From Candidatus Hadarchaeota archaeon (GTDB lineage Archaea > Hadarchaeota > Hadarchaeia > Hadarchaeales > JAGGTB01), in contig CAYLJV010000001.1 in NCBI GenBank assembly GCA_964384105.1, positions 384,001 to 448,000 on the forward strand: a stretch of DNA of 64,000 bases, given 5' to 3'. This document shows, piece after piece, positions 48,251 through 57,051 of this stretch; position 1 is the stretch's first letter, and the number at the start of each line of letters is the position of its first letter. The notes under the pieces are model-generated. The model was not told the origin of the DNA. It did no database searches and saw only the letters and a list, made by a program, of their open reading frames with translations. The position numbers and the translations under genes are program-made.

Positions 48251-48926
48251 CTTATATCATTCAAATAATAGTTATTGATGCTTAATATTCTAAATTTCCT
48301 TTATATATTTGTTCTTTTTTGCAGAGTAGGTTTTTCACTGTTTCAATTCTACTTTTTTTACCAATTAAGTCCTTAAATATAGCAAAATTTTTGGACAATC
48401 GTTTTTTAGTTATCATCAGTATCTTTTATGGCTTCGATTACTCTAACCAACTGAGTGGTCTCTTTGGGTCATGATTCTTATTAATATCTGCTTCGTTTAT
48501 GATCGTTACTTCGGTAGCACCTAGATCTGATCAATTTTTTAAATGGATTCTCTATTCCAAGGACACTTCCTATAAATGATTTTCTTGGAGCATCAATGCG
48601 GATAGGTTTCTTTAGCTTTTTGAGTTTACTGAGGTAGCTACGATTTTTAGGTCTGATTTTATACCTTTTCAAAAACTAATCCCGGGATCTACCGCTGTTT
48701 TTTTTAAATCCACATCTTTTCATTGCATATTTGGAGGCTTTCCATGGGCAAGTAGATTGACATTAAATTTAAGCGACGTGCTTTCTAGCTTTAAAGTGAT
48801 TGAATAAAATATGTTTAGATACGAGATTTGGATTTAATGAATTGATGTGAATAAGTATGAGTATCAAGGTAGATGCAGGAAAAGGGGTTATAGTTAAATA
48901 ATCATCTTAATGGGTAGAGCTATTTC

Positions 48927-50030
48927 ATGAACAATAAAAACGGAAATAAAAAACTGTTTGGCCACTTAAAGAGAGAGGTAATTGATTCGGGGTTTTGTGT
49001 TTCATGTGGAGCTTGTGTGGTTTCCTGTCCACTTCATTCTTTAGGGTTTGAAGAAACGGGCCCGGAACTGCAAGGTATGTGTAACGCTTGTGGTCTTTGT
49101 TATGCTCAATGCCCCCAGCCGGTTTTTGATGATGATCTGAAGAAGAGGATTTTTGGAGATAACCCTTCTTCTGCTATTGGTTATTACAAGGGGTTGTACT
49201 CGGGAAAAACTACTTCTCCGGAGATTGAGATGATTGCTCAGAATGGAGGAGTCGTCACGAGTTTACTGGTTTCTCTTTTGGAAGAAGGGTTTATTGATGG
49301 TGCAGTTGTTATGGATAAGGATTCACAATGGAAACCGATTCCGATGGTTGCAACTACCAAGGAGGAATTGCTTGACTGTTCTGGATCCAAATACTCACAG
49401 GCCCCGATATTAAAAGCGCTTGGAGATGTTGTAGATAGATACGATATGGATAGAGTGGCTTTGGTTGGAACTCCGTGCCAAATAAAAGCGTTTAGAAATA
49501 TGACAGTGGGGGATCGTCCAGCTAAAAAGGTTTCAAAGAGCGTACTTCTAACTGTGGGCCTTTTTTGTCTCAGGTCTTTTGCCTATGAAAGTTTATTCGA
49601 GAAAGTATTGCCAGATCAGTTGGGAATAGATCCTTCGGATGTATCTAAGTTCGATATAACCGAATCGAATCTCGTCATTTATCAGAAGGGTCGTCCAAAA
49701 AAGAGGGTTTCTTTGGACGTTTTAGAAAGGTTCGTTCCCGAGTCTTGCAAGGTCTGCGGAGATTTCACTGCAGAGTTTGCGGATATATCGGTAGGGGGTA
49801 CAGGTTCCCCTGAAGGTTTTTCTACAACGATAGTAAGGACAGATGTTGGGAGTCAAGCTTTTTCTGTGGGTCTTAAGTCGGGCGGTTATGAGGTTAATAA
49901 GTTAGATGAGGATGAGCCTAGGATAGAATCGATTGAAAAGCTTTCTAAGATAAATAAGCAGAAAGCTGAAAGGAGAATCAAAATACAAACGAGAAACGAC
50001 GAATCTTTGCCTTCAGGACTGTTGCCGTGA
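48927..50030 (+). CDS. Coenzyme F420 hydrogenase/dehydrogenase beta subunit (FrhB/FpoF-like)
   Basis: 2x4Fe-4S N-terminus, QNGGVVT, GSKY, VGTPCQ, GLFC, C..C.DFTAEFADISVG. Confidence 0.9.
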   Translation: MNNKNGNKKLFGHLKREVIDSGFCVSCGACVVSCPLHSLGFEETGPELQGMCNACGLCYAQCPQPVFDDDLKKRIFGDNPSSAIGYYKGLYSGKTTSPEIEMIAQNGGVVTSLLVSLLEEGFIDGAVVMDKDSQWKPIPMVATTKEELLDCSGSKYSQAPILKALGDVVDRYDMDRVALVGTPCQIKAFRNMTVGDRPAKKVSKSVLLTVGLFCLRSFAYESLFEKVLPDQLGIDPSDVSKFDITESNLVIYQKGRPKKRVSLDVLERFVPESCKVCGDFTAEFADISVGGTGSPEGFSTTIVRTDVGSQAFSVGLKSGGYEVNKLDEDEPRIESIEKLSKINKQKAERRIKIQTRNDESLPSGLLP

Positions 50031-50033
50031 GCT

Positions 50034-51011
50034 TTAATAAATCAGTTTACTGATCTTCTCTATTGCTGAGTATGTATTTGGTCCTATCGGAGACCCTATA
50101 ACAATTTGAGTAATTCCCATCTTTTGAACTTCCTTTACCCTTTCTTCTAACCGATCTATTTTCCCGCTAATGGAGAATACATCGATCATCTTTCTTGTGA
50201 CTAGTTTCTTTGCTTCCTTGGTTTCGCCGTTCATGAGGTATTTTCTAATTCTTTGGATTCTTTCTTTTGAGATATTTTCTCGCTCTATGGTTGATTCGGG
50301 TGCTGAGGCTGCAACGAAGGACGTGATGGCTCGGGCCTTGTTACGAGCTTTCTCCTCGTTTTCATCAATGGATGTGGCCATATATGCAACTTTATCGAAA
50401 TCTTTGAGACTTCTACCTGTTTCTTTAGCACCTTCTTCTACAAGTTTTATGCATTCTTTCAGGTCCTCTGGATGGGACGCGTTAAATAGTGCACCATCTG
50501 CAAGAGCTCCAGCGAGCTTCATCATCTGTTCTCCTCTTCCCCCTATGTAAATAGGAATCTCATGGAGAGGGGAAAATCCGAGTTTTGCTTCTTTACAGGT
50601 GAATATTTCTCCTGCGAAATCGGTTTTTTTACCGTCTAGAAGCTTTCTAATTATTTTTATCGCCTCTTTTACCGCTGTTATTGGCTTTTTGTGTTCTATG
50701 CCTATTGAATTTAAAAATGCGGGATCTCCCGCAGATATACCTAAAGTTGCCCTGCCCCCTGATAGCTCGTCCAGGGTCGCTACCGCTGCGGCTGTGACAG
50801 ATGGGTGGACAAGGTAGGGGTTTGTTACTCCGGGGCCTAGTTGTATTTCCTCCGTAATATCCGTGAGATGAGCTAAAATCGAGTGAACGTAGCGGTTGTG
50901 ATAATGATCGGCTACCCACAAGTAGTCAAATCCCGACTTCTCTATTTTTTCCCCTAATCTCTTTAGCTTCTGGGGTGTATAGTAAGGAACTATTTCTGCT
51001 CCAAATTTCAT
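50034..51011 (-). CDS. mer: F420-dependent methylene-H4MPT reductase / LLM-class reductase
   Basis: WVADHYHNR, GPGVTNPY..HP, ELSGGRATLGI, NASHP, GSPIGP. Confidence 0.88.
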   Translation of the reverse strand: MKFGAEIVPYYTPQKLKRLGEKIEKSGFDYLWVADHYHNRYVHSILAHLTDITEEIQLGPGVTNPYLVHPSVTAAAVATLDELSGGRATLGISAGDPAFLNSIGIEHKKPITAVKEAIKIIRKLLDGKKTDFAGEIFTCKEAKLGFSPLHEIPIYIGGRGEQMMKLAGALADGALFNASHPEDLKECIKLVEEGAKETGRSLKDFDKVAYMATSIDENEEKARNKARAITSFVAASAPESTIERENISKERIQRIRKYLMNGETKEAKKLVTRKMIDVFSISGKIDRLEERVKEVQKMGITQIVIGSPIGPNTYSAIEKISKLIY

Positions 51012-51079
51012 TCTCCGACCTTGCGTCGAAATTGAGTGGTATAAGTTAAAAAGGTATCCTGAGGATTCTTAGAGATAGA

Positions 51080-51820
51080 ATGAAAATAATACCCTTGAAA
51101 AGTGATCATTTTTTTGTTCCAGGTGACGATGTTTCGGCTTTTATTATCAAGAACTTGGAGGAAAGCGGAGAGTCTCTTGAAGATGGCGATGTTATCGTTA
51201 TCGCCCAGAGTATTGTCTCAAAAGCCGAAGGGAATATAGTTGACTTGAGTGAAATAGAACCTACTTCTAGAGCGATGGAAATAGCAGAGAAGATAGATGA
51301 GAATCCAAGGAAAGTACAAGTAATTTTAGAACAATCAAAAGAGATAGTTCGATCTAACCATGTTCTTATAACTAGAACCAAACATGGGTTTGTTTGTGCT
51401 CATTCTGGCGTTGACAGTTCCAACGTAGAGAAAGGGAAAGTTACTTTACTTCCAGAAGATCCTGATGCAAGTGCTAGTTCTATAAGGAAAAATTTGGAGG
51501 AGAGATTCGGAAAGAAAGTTTCTATTATAATATCCGACAGTTGGGGTAGACCATTTAGACTCGGTGCGGTTGGAATGGCTATAGGAATATCAGGAATAGA
51601 AGCTCTCGTGGACCTGAGGGGTGAAGTCGATTCCTATGATCGAGTATTAAAGAATACCGTTATTTCACCTCCGGATTCCCTGGCCGCCATAGCTTCTTTG
51701 GAGATGGGTGAGGCTTCCGAGAAGATACCTGCCGTCCTGATTAGGGGTGCCAAGTATAAGTCGGGAAAAGGTTCAATTTCTGACCTGATTAGGAGCGAGG
51801 AAGAGGATCTATTCAGGTGA
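51080..51820 (+). CDS. cofE: Coenzyme F420-0:L-glutamate ligase
   Basis: IVSKAEG, HGFVCAHSGVDSSN, LPEDPDASA, DSWGRPFRLG, C-terminal DLFR. Confidence 0.92.
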   Translation: MKIIPLKSDHFFVPGDDVSAFIIKNLEESGESLEDGDVIVIAQSIVSKAEGNIVDLSEIEPTSRAMEIAEKIDENPRKVQVILEQSKEIVRSNHVLITRTKHGFVCAHSGVDSSNVEKGKVTLLPEDPDASASSIRKNLEERFGKKVSIIISDSWGRPFRLGAVGMAIGISGIEALVDLRGEVDSYDRVLKNTVISPPDSLAAIASLEMGEASEKIPAVLIRGAKYKSGKGSISDLIRSEEEDLFR

Positions 51821-51824
51821 TATC

Positions 51825-52757
51825 GTGATAACTTTACTTTCTGGTGGTACAGGTACTCCGAAGCTTTTGCAGGGTTTGAAAAATTTGATTCCGGAAGAGG
51901 ACATATCGGTTGTTGTAAATACCGGGGAGGACGTTGAGGTTTCGGGCCTAAGAGTTTCTCCCGATTTAGATACTGTGATTTATACACTTGCAGGGATTAT
52001 CGATGACGAGAATTGGTATGGGATTGAGGGTGATTCTTTTTGCCTCCATAGGATGTTGAGCAGGCTCGGGCACGATGAAATTTTGAGGATAGGAGATAAG
52101 GATAGGGCGGTTCAGCTTTATAGAACATTTAGGATGAGCGAAGGAGCGTCTCTATCCGAAGTTACAGAAGAGATATGTGATAGCCTCGGTGTTAAGGCGA
52201 AAGTTATTCCCATGTCTGATGATAGGGTTAAGTCAAAAATTGTAACGGAGGGTGAAACGATTTCCTTTCACGAGTTTTGGGTAACTAGGAGGGGTAAAGT
52301 GAATGTTAAGGATGTTGTTTTTGTTGATTCAGATAAGGCCGAGCCCGCTCCGGGTGTATTAGAGGCGCTAGGTGATTCAGATCATATAGTCATTGGACCG
52401 AGCAATCCGGTTACCAGTCTAGGACCGATTCTTTCCGTTAAAAGGATTAAATCTTTTCTGAAAGGCTGTAAAGATAAGGTCGTCGCTATAAGCCCTTTAC
52501 TGGCCGACAAACCGGTCAGCGGGCCTGCGGGGGTTTTGATGAAAGGTCTAGGATATGAGGTGAGTCCGGTGAGTGTTGCAAATATTTACAAGGATTTCGT
52601 AGATTCGTTTTTTATACATGATGAAGATAAAGACTTGAAGCCAGAAATAGAGAGCTTAGGTTTGAATGTTTTTGTAACGGATATTCTAATGCCTGACCTT
52701 TCTTCTAGAGTAAATCTGAGTAAGAAATTACTCGATTTTTTGGATTACAGAAAATAA
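51825..52757 (+). CDS. cofD: 2-phospho-L-lactate transferase
   Basis: LSGGTGTPKLL, VNTGED, SPDLDTV, IGDKDRA, GPSNPVTS. Confidence 0.95.
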   Translation: MITLLSGGTGTPKLLQGLKNLIPEEDISVVVNTGEDVEVSGLRVSPDLDTVIYTLAGIIDDENWYGIEGDSFCLHRMLSRLGHDEILRIGDKDRAVQLYRTFRMSEGASLSEVTEEICDSLGVKAKVIPMSDDRVKSKIVTEGETISFHEFWVTRRGKVNVKDVVFVDSDKAEPAPGVLEALGDSDHIVIGPSNPVTSLGPILSVKRIKSFLKGCKDKVVAISPLLADKPVSGPAGVLMKGLGYEVSPVSVANIYKDFVDSFFIHDEDKDLKPEIESLGLNVFVTDILMPDLSSRVNLSKKLLDFLDYRK

Positions 52758-52781
52758 AAAAATAAAAGAAAGAGGTCGGTC

Positions 52782-52997
52782 TTATTCGACCGATATAGCA
52801 TCTACTGGACAGCTGTCTGCTCCTGTTTCGGTGCAGTCAATATCGTCGGGTACTTCTCCTTCAGAAGGGTCGTCACCTTGGTATTCTTCTACTAATTGAG
52901 CCTTACCGTTGTCACCCATTTCGTAGACATCTCCGCAAAGAGCTTCGCAGGTTCCACATCCAGTACAAGTTTCTTGATCAATAATCACTTTTACCAT
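52782..52997 (-). CDS. Monocluster ferredoxin
   Basis: CTGCGTCEALC...SCPVDAI; SD GAGGTGG. Confidence 0.9.
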   Translation of the reverse strand: MVKVIIDQETCTGCGTCEALCGDVYEMGDNGKAQLVEEYQGDDPSEGEVPDDIDCTETGADSCPVDAISVE

Positions 52998-53116
52998 TTG
53001 TAGTCCACCTCTTTTTTCAGAGGTTCGTTTTTTTACATTTAAGTTTAATCTTACTTTCGCAGAATAGTTTATAATTAGGTTCTTTGGATTTTGTGAAAAG
53101 ATTTAATTTTTTAGGA

Positions 53117-54160
53117 TTAAGAGATTTTCCGATAACCGTTTTTTTCGATCATGCTTTTTACAAGATTCTCGATCTTTTGGCTCATGAATTTAGAATTTTT
53201 GGCGAATTCGGGGTATATGGGGAGTCTCTCCTTTAGTTTAAATCTGGATTTAGATAATTCCGATTTTATTTCTTCTATTTTGGGCCATGGATTTTCGGGG
53301 TTAATATAGTCATGAGTTATGGGAGATATTCCCCCTAGATCGTTTACACCAACCTCCAAAAGATCCATAAGATTTTCCGTAAGGTTTGGGGGGACTTGGA
53401 GGCTCATTTTAGGCATTATATTTTTGGCGAGATTTATGGTGTTCAAAATATCTATGTGGTCAGGCGGATCTTTGTTTTCCATCTGGGTTCCTTTTTTTGG
53501 AATGAATGGTTGTATAATCACCTCTTGTATATGCCCGTGCTTTTCTTGGATTTTTCTGATTTCCATCAAGGATTTAACTCTATCTTTCCAGCTCTCTCCT
53601 ATCCCAACCAGTATGCCAGTGGTGAAGGGTATATTCATTTCCCCTGCCTTTTCTATCATGGCCAGCCTAGTTTCTGGGTCTTTCCCTGGGCTGTCTTTGT
53701 GGACTGGGAGTTCTGTGGCGCATTCGAGCATTAAACCCATACTCGCGCAGCACTTTTTTAATCGAGTCATTTCGCTTTCTTCTATCACTCCGGGATTTAC
53801 ATGGGGTAGTAGCCCGACATCTAGAATTTTGCTAGAAAGGTGGACCAAGTAGTCTATAGTAGTCGAATAACCCTGTTTCTCAAGCCATTTTTCCATCATT
53901 TTATATGTTTCTGGGCGCTCTCCAAGGGTTACCATAGCTTCGCTACAACCTTTTTTTAGTCCTTTCTTCGTGAGGTCCAATACTTCTTTTTCAGACAGAA
54001 TCCAAGCGCCCGAATCTGGAGTCTTTTTGAAACCGCAATATGCGCATTTATTCCTGCAGAGGTTTGTAATAGGCAGGAACACATTTTTTGAGTAACTGAT
54101 TATTCGCTTGTTTTCTTTCGAAATATTTTTACTAGCTGGTATTTTTTGTTCTGATTCCAA
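53117..54160 (-). CDS. cofG: FO synthase subunit CofG (radical SAM)
   Basis: YSKNVFLPIT, CRNKCAYC, LLPHVNPG, SMGLMLE, PFTTGILVGIGE, QVPPNL. Confidence 0.93.
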   Translation of the reverse strand: MESEQKIPASKNISKENKRIISYSKNVFLPITNLCRNKCAYCGFKKTPDSGAWILSEKEVLDLTKKGLKKGCSEAMVTLGERPETYKMMEKWLEKQGYSTTIDYLVHLSSKILDVGLLPHVNPGVIEESEMTRLKKCCASMGLMLECATELPVHKDSPGKDPETRLAMIEKAGEMNIPFTTGILVGIGESWKDRVKSLMEIRKIQEKHGHIQEVIIQPFIPKKGTQMENKDPPDHIDILNTINLAKNIMPKMSLQVPPNLTENLMDLLEVGVNDLGGISPITHDYINPENPWPKIEEIKSELSKSRFKLKERLPIYPEFAKNSKFMSQKIENLVKSMIEKNGYRKIS

Positions 54161-54244
54161 AAGTCCACCATGAGAGTTACTCTTTTTTATTATCTAAAAA
54201 ACATCTGATAAATGATCTAATTTAAAATCTGTAAGCTTAAAGTT

Positions 54245-54688
54245 TTGATCGGTTTTGATCCGGATTTGTTGCTTATGAGAAAAGAAAAGGCATTGTGGAT
54301 ATTTGGGGAGGAGGTAGGAGAGAGAGGCGTAATAGATTGGCTTAAAGCCCATACATCCTTCCTTAAACCTTTGCATCGTTATGAAGGCGAGATCGGCATA
54401 GAAGATGAGAAACTCAAACTTGATGGTAGAAATACAAAGAGCGATGAAGATTTTTCCTTGGAAATTCCAAGAAAAAAGGTACTATATGTTAACCATGGAT
54501 ATGATGAAGTTTTTAAAAGAGGTGAAGAGCGTTCGCTAGGCCTGGGTCTTAAACCTCTACTGATAGAATATGAGGATAATAAAGAGGAAAAGAAACTCTA
54601 TCTTTTTGTGAACTTTAGCAGATTTCCTAGAACTAGTGATAATAGCGAATGGTTCAATTATCTCATAGATTGGATTGATAAGGAGTAA
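54245..54688 (+). CDS. Hypothetical protein
   Basis: 147-aa ORF with host-like composition; true start may be ATG ~54275. Confidence 0.65.
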   Translation: MIGFDPDLLLMRKEKALWIFGEEVGERGVIDWLKAHTSFLKPLHRYEGEIGIEDEKLKLDGRNTKSDEDFSLEIPRKKVLYVNHGYDEVFKRGEERSLGLGLKPLLIEYEDNKEEKKLYLFVNFSRFPRTSDNSEWFNYLIDWIDKE

Positions 54689-54771
54689 TTAATAGATTGA
54701 TTTTCGGCTTTTCTCAATTAATTAAGAGTTATATATACTTCTTGAAGATTGAAGAGTATGGGTGAATAGTC

Positions 54772-54951
54772 ATGAATTTGTTACTAATTGTTGCATTCTT
54801 AGTTGCTATGGTTGGAGCTTTCTCAGGTTTTTTTAAAGTGACTAAAAATTCTTCTTTCAATATTTCCTTTAGGAAGAAGGTAACATCGATTCTCTCAGGG
54901 ATACTTTTCATATTGGCTGGTATTACAGCCCTGTGGCTTGGCATAACATAG
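54772..54951 (+). CDS. Small two-TM membrane protein (59 aa)
   Basis: MNLLLIVAFLVAMVGAFSGFF...ILSGILFILAGITALWLGIT*; TATA TTATATATA ~54729 and SD GGTGA upstream; below the ORF-track cutoff. Confidence 0.65.
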   Translation: MNLLLIVAFLVAMVGAFSGFFKVTKNSSFNISFRKKVTSILSGILFILAGITALWLGIT

Positions 54952-54992
54952 ATATTGGATACTTTGTTCTATTTTCGTCAATTCTCTCTTCA

Positions 54993-55481
54993 CTAGGACA
55001 AAACTATTTTCATTTCTTCAATGAAATTAGGTGAAAGATATTTTTCGGCTTGCTTGAGTTTTACCCATTTGTATTTTTCGTGCTCCCAGCTAAGTTCTAT
55101 TTCTGGCTTTTCTTTCAGTTCTGCTAACAGAAGAAATGATGTGTATTCTTTATTTTCTTTTTTCGATTGCCATTCGTATCTTCCTTTCTTTTCTATCGAG
55201 AGAATCTTGTCTTTCTCTATTCCGGTTTCTTCTTTAATCTCTTTAAGGCCCATTTTTATTATCGGTTCTAATTCGTCAAGATAACCTGATACAAGGCCCC
55301 ACTTTTGAGGACAGGCATCTACTTTTTCACTCCTTTTTAAAATCAAAATTTCCTCTCCGTGTTTAAGAAAAACTACGACTGCGAGAGGTCTTTCAGCATT
55401 TGAGTAGTCAATCCTTCCGTCTTCAAAATGGGGCAGCTTTTTATTGGCTTTCTTAACGACTTCGGGGATTCTTGGGTCCAT
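54993..55481 (-). CDS. NUDIX hydrolase
   Basis: ILILKRS, GYLDELEPIIKMGLKEIKEETGI Nudix box, LSWEHEKYKWV; ATG 55481 preferred. Confidence 0.88.
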   Translation of the reverse strand: MDPRIPEVVKKANKKLPHFEDGRIDYSNAERPLAVVVFLKHGEEILILKRSEKVDACPQKWGLVSGYLDELEPIIKMGLKEIKEETGIEKDKILSIEKKGRYEWQSKKENKEYTSFLLLAELKEKPEIELSWEHEKYKWVKLKQAEKYLSPNFIEEMKIVLS

Positions 55482-55574
55482 GGTTATCTCACTTCTATTC
55501 TCAGTTACTTTCCTTAACTTTAAGAGAATGCGATTTTTATTTGATTGTAATACGTTTTCTAAGAGGAGTGAAGA

Positions 55575-56204
55575 ATGAAAACCAGAATTATAATCCCTCA
55601 AAAGTCGTTAAGAGAATCGAAATCTTCGTTTTCGGAAGTTTTTACAGAGGTGCAGCGTCAAAATTTTGTAGTTTCCATGCTCAGAGATATGATAAATGCG
55701 TGTTCGCAGGTTGAAGGGGTCGACTTGGCTGTTGTTTCACCGGACGAAGAAATTCTCAATTTATTTGAAGAGGAAGGTTTTGCTGCCATTTCTGAGCCAG
55801 ATATTGGTCTGAATAGAGCTCTTGATCTTGCGATAAGCAGATCTGTTGACTCAGGTTTCGGAGAAATTCTTATTTTTCCCGGAGATTTGCCTTTGCTAAA
55901 GAAAAATGATGTAGAGGGAATATTGGAATTAGCATCCGGAGAAAAGAGTGTTATAATTACACCTTCAAAAGAAGGTGGAACCAATGCTTTACTGCTTAGG
56001 CCACCGGATTTAATGGACTTATATTTTGGAGGAAAGAGTTTTACCGATCACATGAAGGAAGCTAAGAGGAGAGGAGTTTTACCGAAGGTATATCGTTCTG
56101 AGAGGGTAGAGAGAGACATGGACAAACCGGCTGATTTGTTGAAGTTGGAAACGTTGGGAAAGGGAACTAGAACTCATTCCTTCTTTAGATTTTTGAAGAA
56201 GTGA
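55575..56204 (+). CDS. cofC: 2-phospho-L-lactate/PEP guanylyltransferase
   Basis: IIPQK....KS, GLNRAL, GDLPLL, GGTNALL, FGGKSF..H, DMDKPADL. Confidence 0.88.
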   Translation: MKTRIIIPQKSLRESKSSFSEVFTEVQRQNFVVSMLRDMINACSQVEGVDLAVVSPDEEILNLFEEEGFAAISEPDIGLNRALDLAISRSVDSGFGEILIFPGDLPLLKKNDVEGILELASGEKSVIITPSKEGGTNALLLRPPDLMDLYFGGKSFTDHMKEAKRRGVLPKVYRSERVERDMDKPADLLKLETLGKGTRTHSFFRFLKK

Positions 56205-56319
56205 TTAAGAGAGTGTATGGGGCGAGTTGGTCCCAAAAACTACCATTTTTGATAGTTTTTTAAGAGATTCGAAATGAAATTATTTTACGGATTATTGATA
56301 CTATCCTTTGATGAGTTAG

Positions 56320-57051
56320 ATGAGGGCAAAGCTGGTTCTGGAAAGTAATGAAGTTCTTCTCCCATACAATTACAATTATCACCTTTCCTCGGCTATTTAC
56401 TCTGCCTTTGAAAATGCTGATCCTGATTTGGCTGATTATCTTCATCGATCGAAGGAGATAAAACTCTATACCTTTTCGAGGTTGCTTATTCAAAAAAGGA
56501 AAGTTAAAGAAGACGGGTTGCTAATAGAAGGGCCAGTACATCTCTACATTTCTACCGGTAAGGAGCTAATAATGAAGGCCGGGATCGAAGGAGCATTATC
56601 AAAAGGAAAGTTAAGGGTCGGAGATGTAGAATTTCTGATAAGGTCCATCGAGATTCTTGAAAAACCAAATTTTTCGAAGGCTTTGGATGGCTATATCGAG
56701 GGTAAAACTCTCTCACCTGTAAATACCACAACTAAGAGAATGAAAGATGGTGAGTTGAAGTCCTGGGACCTTTATCCGGACGATATTCAGTTCTATGAAA
56801 ATCTGAGAAGGAATCTGTTGAAAAAATATGAGATGATTCATGGTGAGAAACCGGAGGACCGATATTTCGACCTGAAGATAAGGGAATTCAAAAAGGAAAG
56901 AGTGAAAATACGAAATACGATGCATCGTGCCTCGACCTTTCACTTTCACTTGAGAGGTTCCCCAAAATTGATTAAGACAGCCTACGATTGCGGATTGGGG
57001 GAGAAGAACTCGATGGGTTTTGGGTGTATTGAGGTGGTTGGTTATTCTTAA
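56320..57051 (+). CDS. cas6: CRISPR-associated endoribonuclease Cas6
   Basis: LPYNYNY, LH....KLYTFS, TLSP, G-loop GLGEKNSMGFG. Confidence 0.95.
   Translation: MRAKLVLESNEVLLPYNYNYHLSSAIYSAFENADPDLADYLHRSKEIKLYTFSRLLIQKRKVKEDGLLIEGPVHLYISTGKELIMKAGIEGALSKGKLRVGDVEFLIRSIEILEKPNFSKALDGYIEGKTLSPVNTTTKRMKDGELKSWDLYPDDIQFYENLRRNLLKKYEMIHGEKPEDRYFDLKIREFKKERVKIRNTMHRASTFHFHLRGSPKLIKTAYDCGLGEKNSMGFGCIEVVGYS

Noticed and set aside
48300-48900. 63-aa basic ORF (48481..48672) and surrounding sequence as a gene or IS remnant
   Set aside because: No motif, terminal repeats or SD found; cannot be supported.
56205-56319. CRISPR array or leader upstream of cas6
   Set aside because: No repeated units visible; only AT-rich promoter-like sequence.
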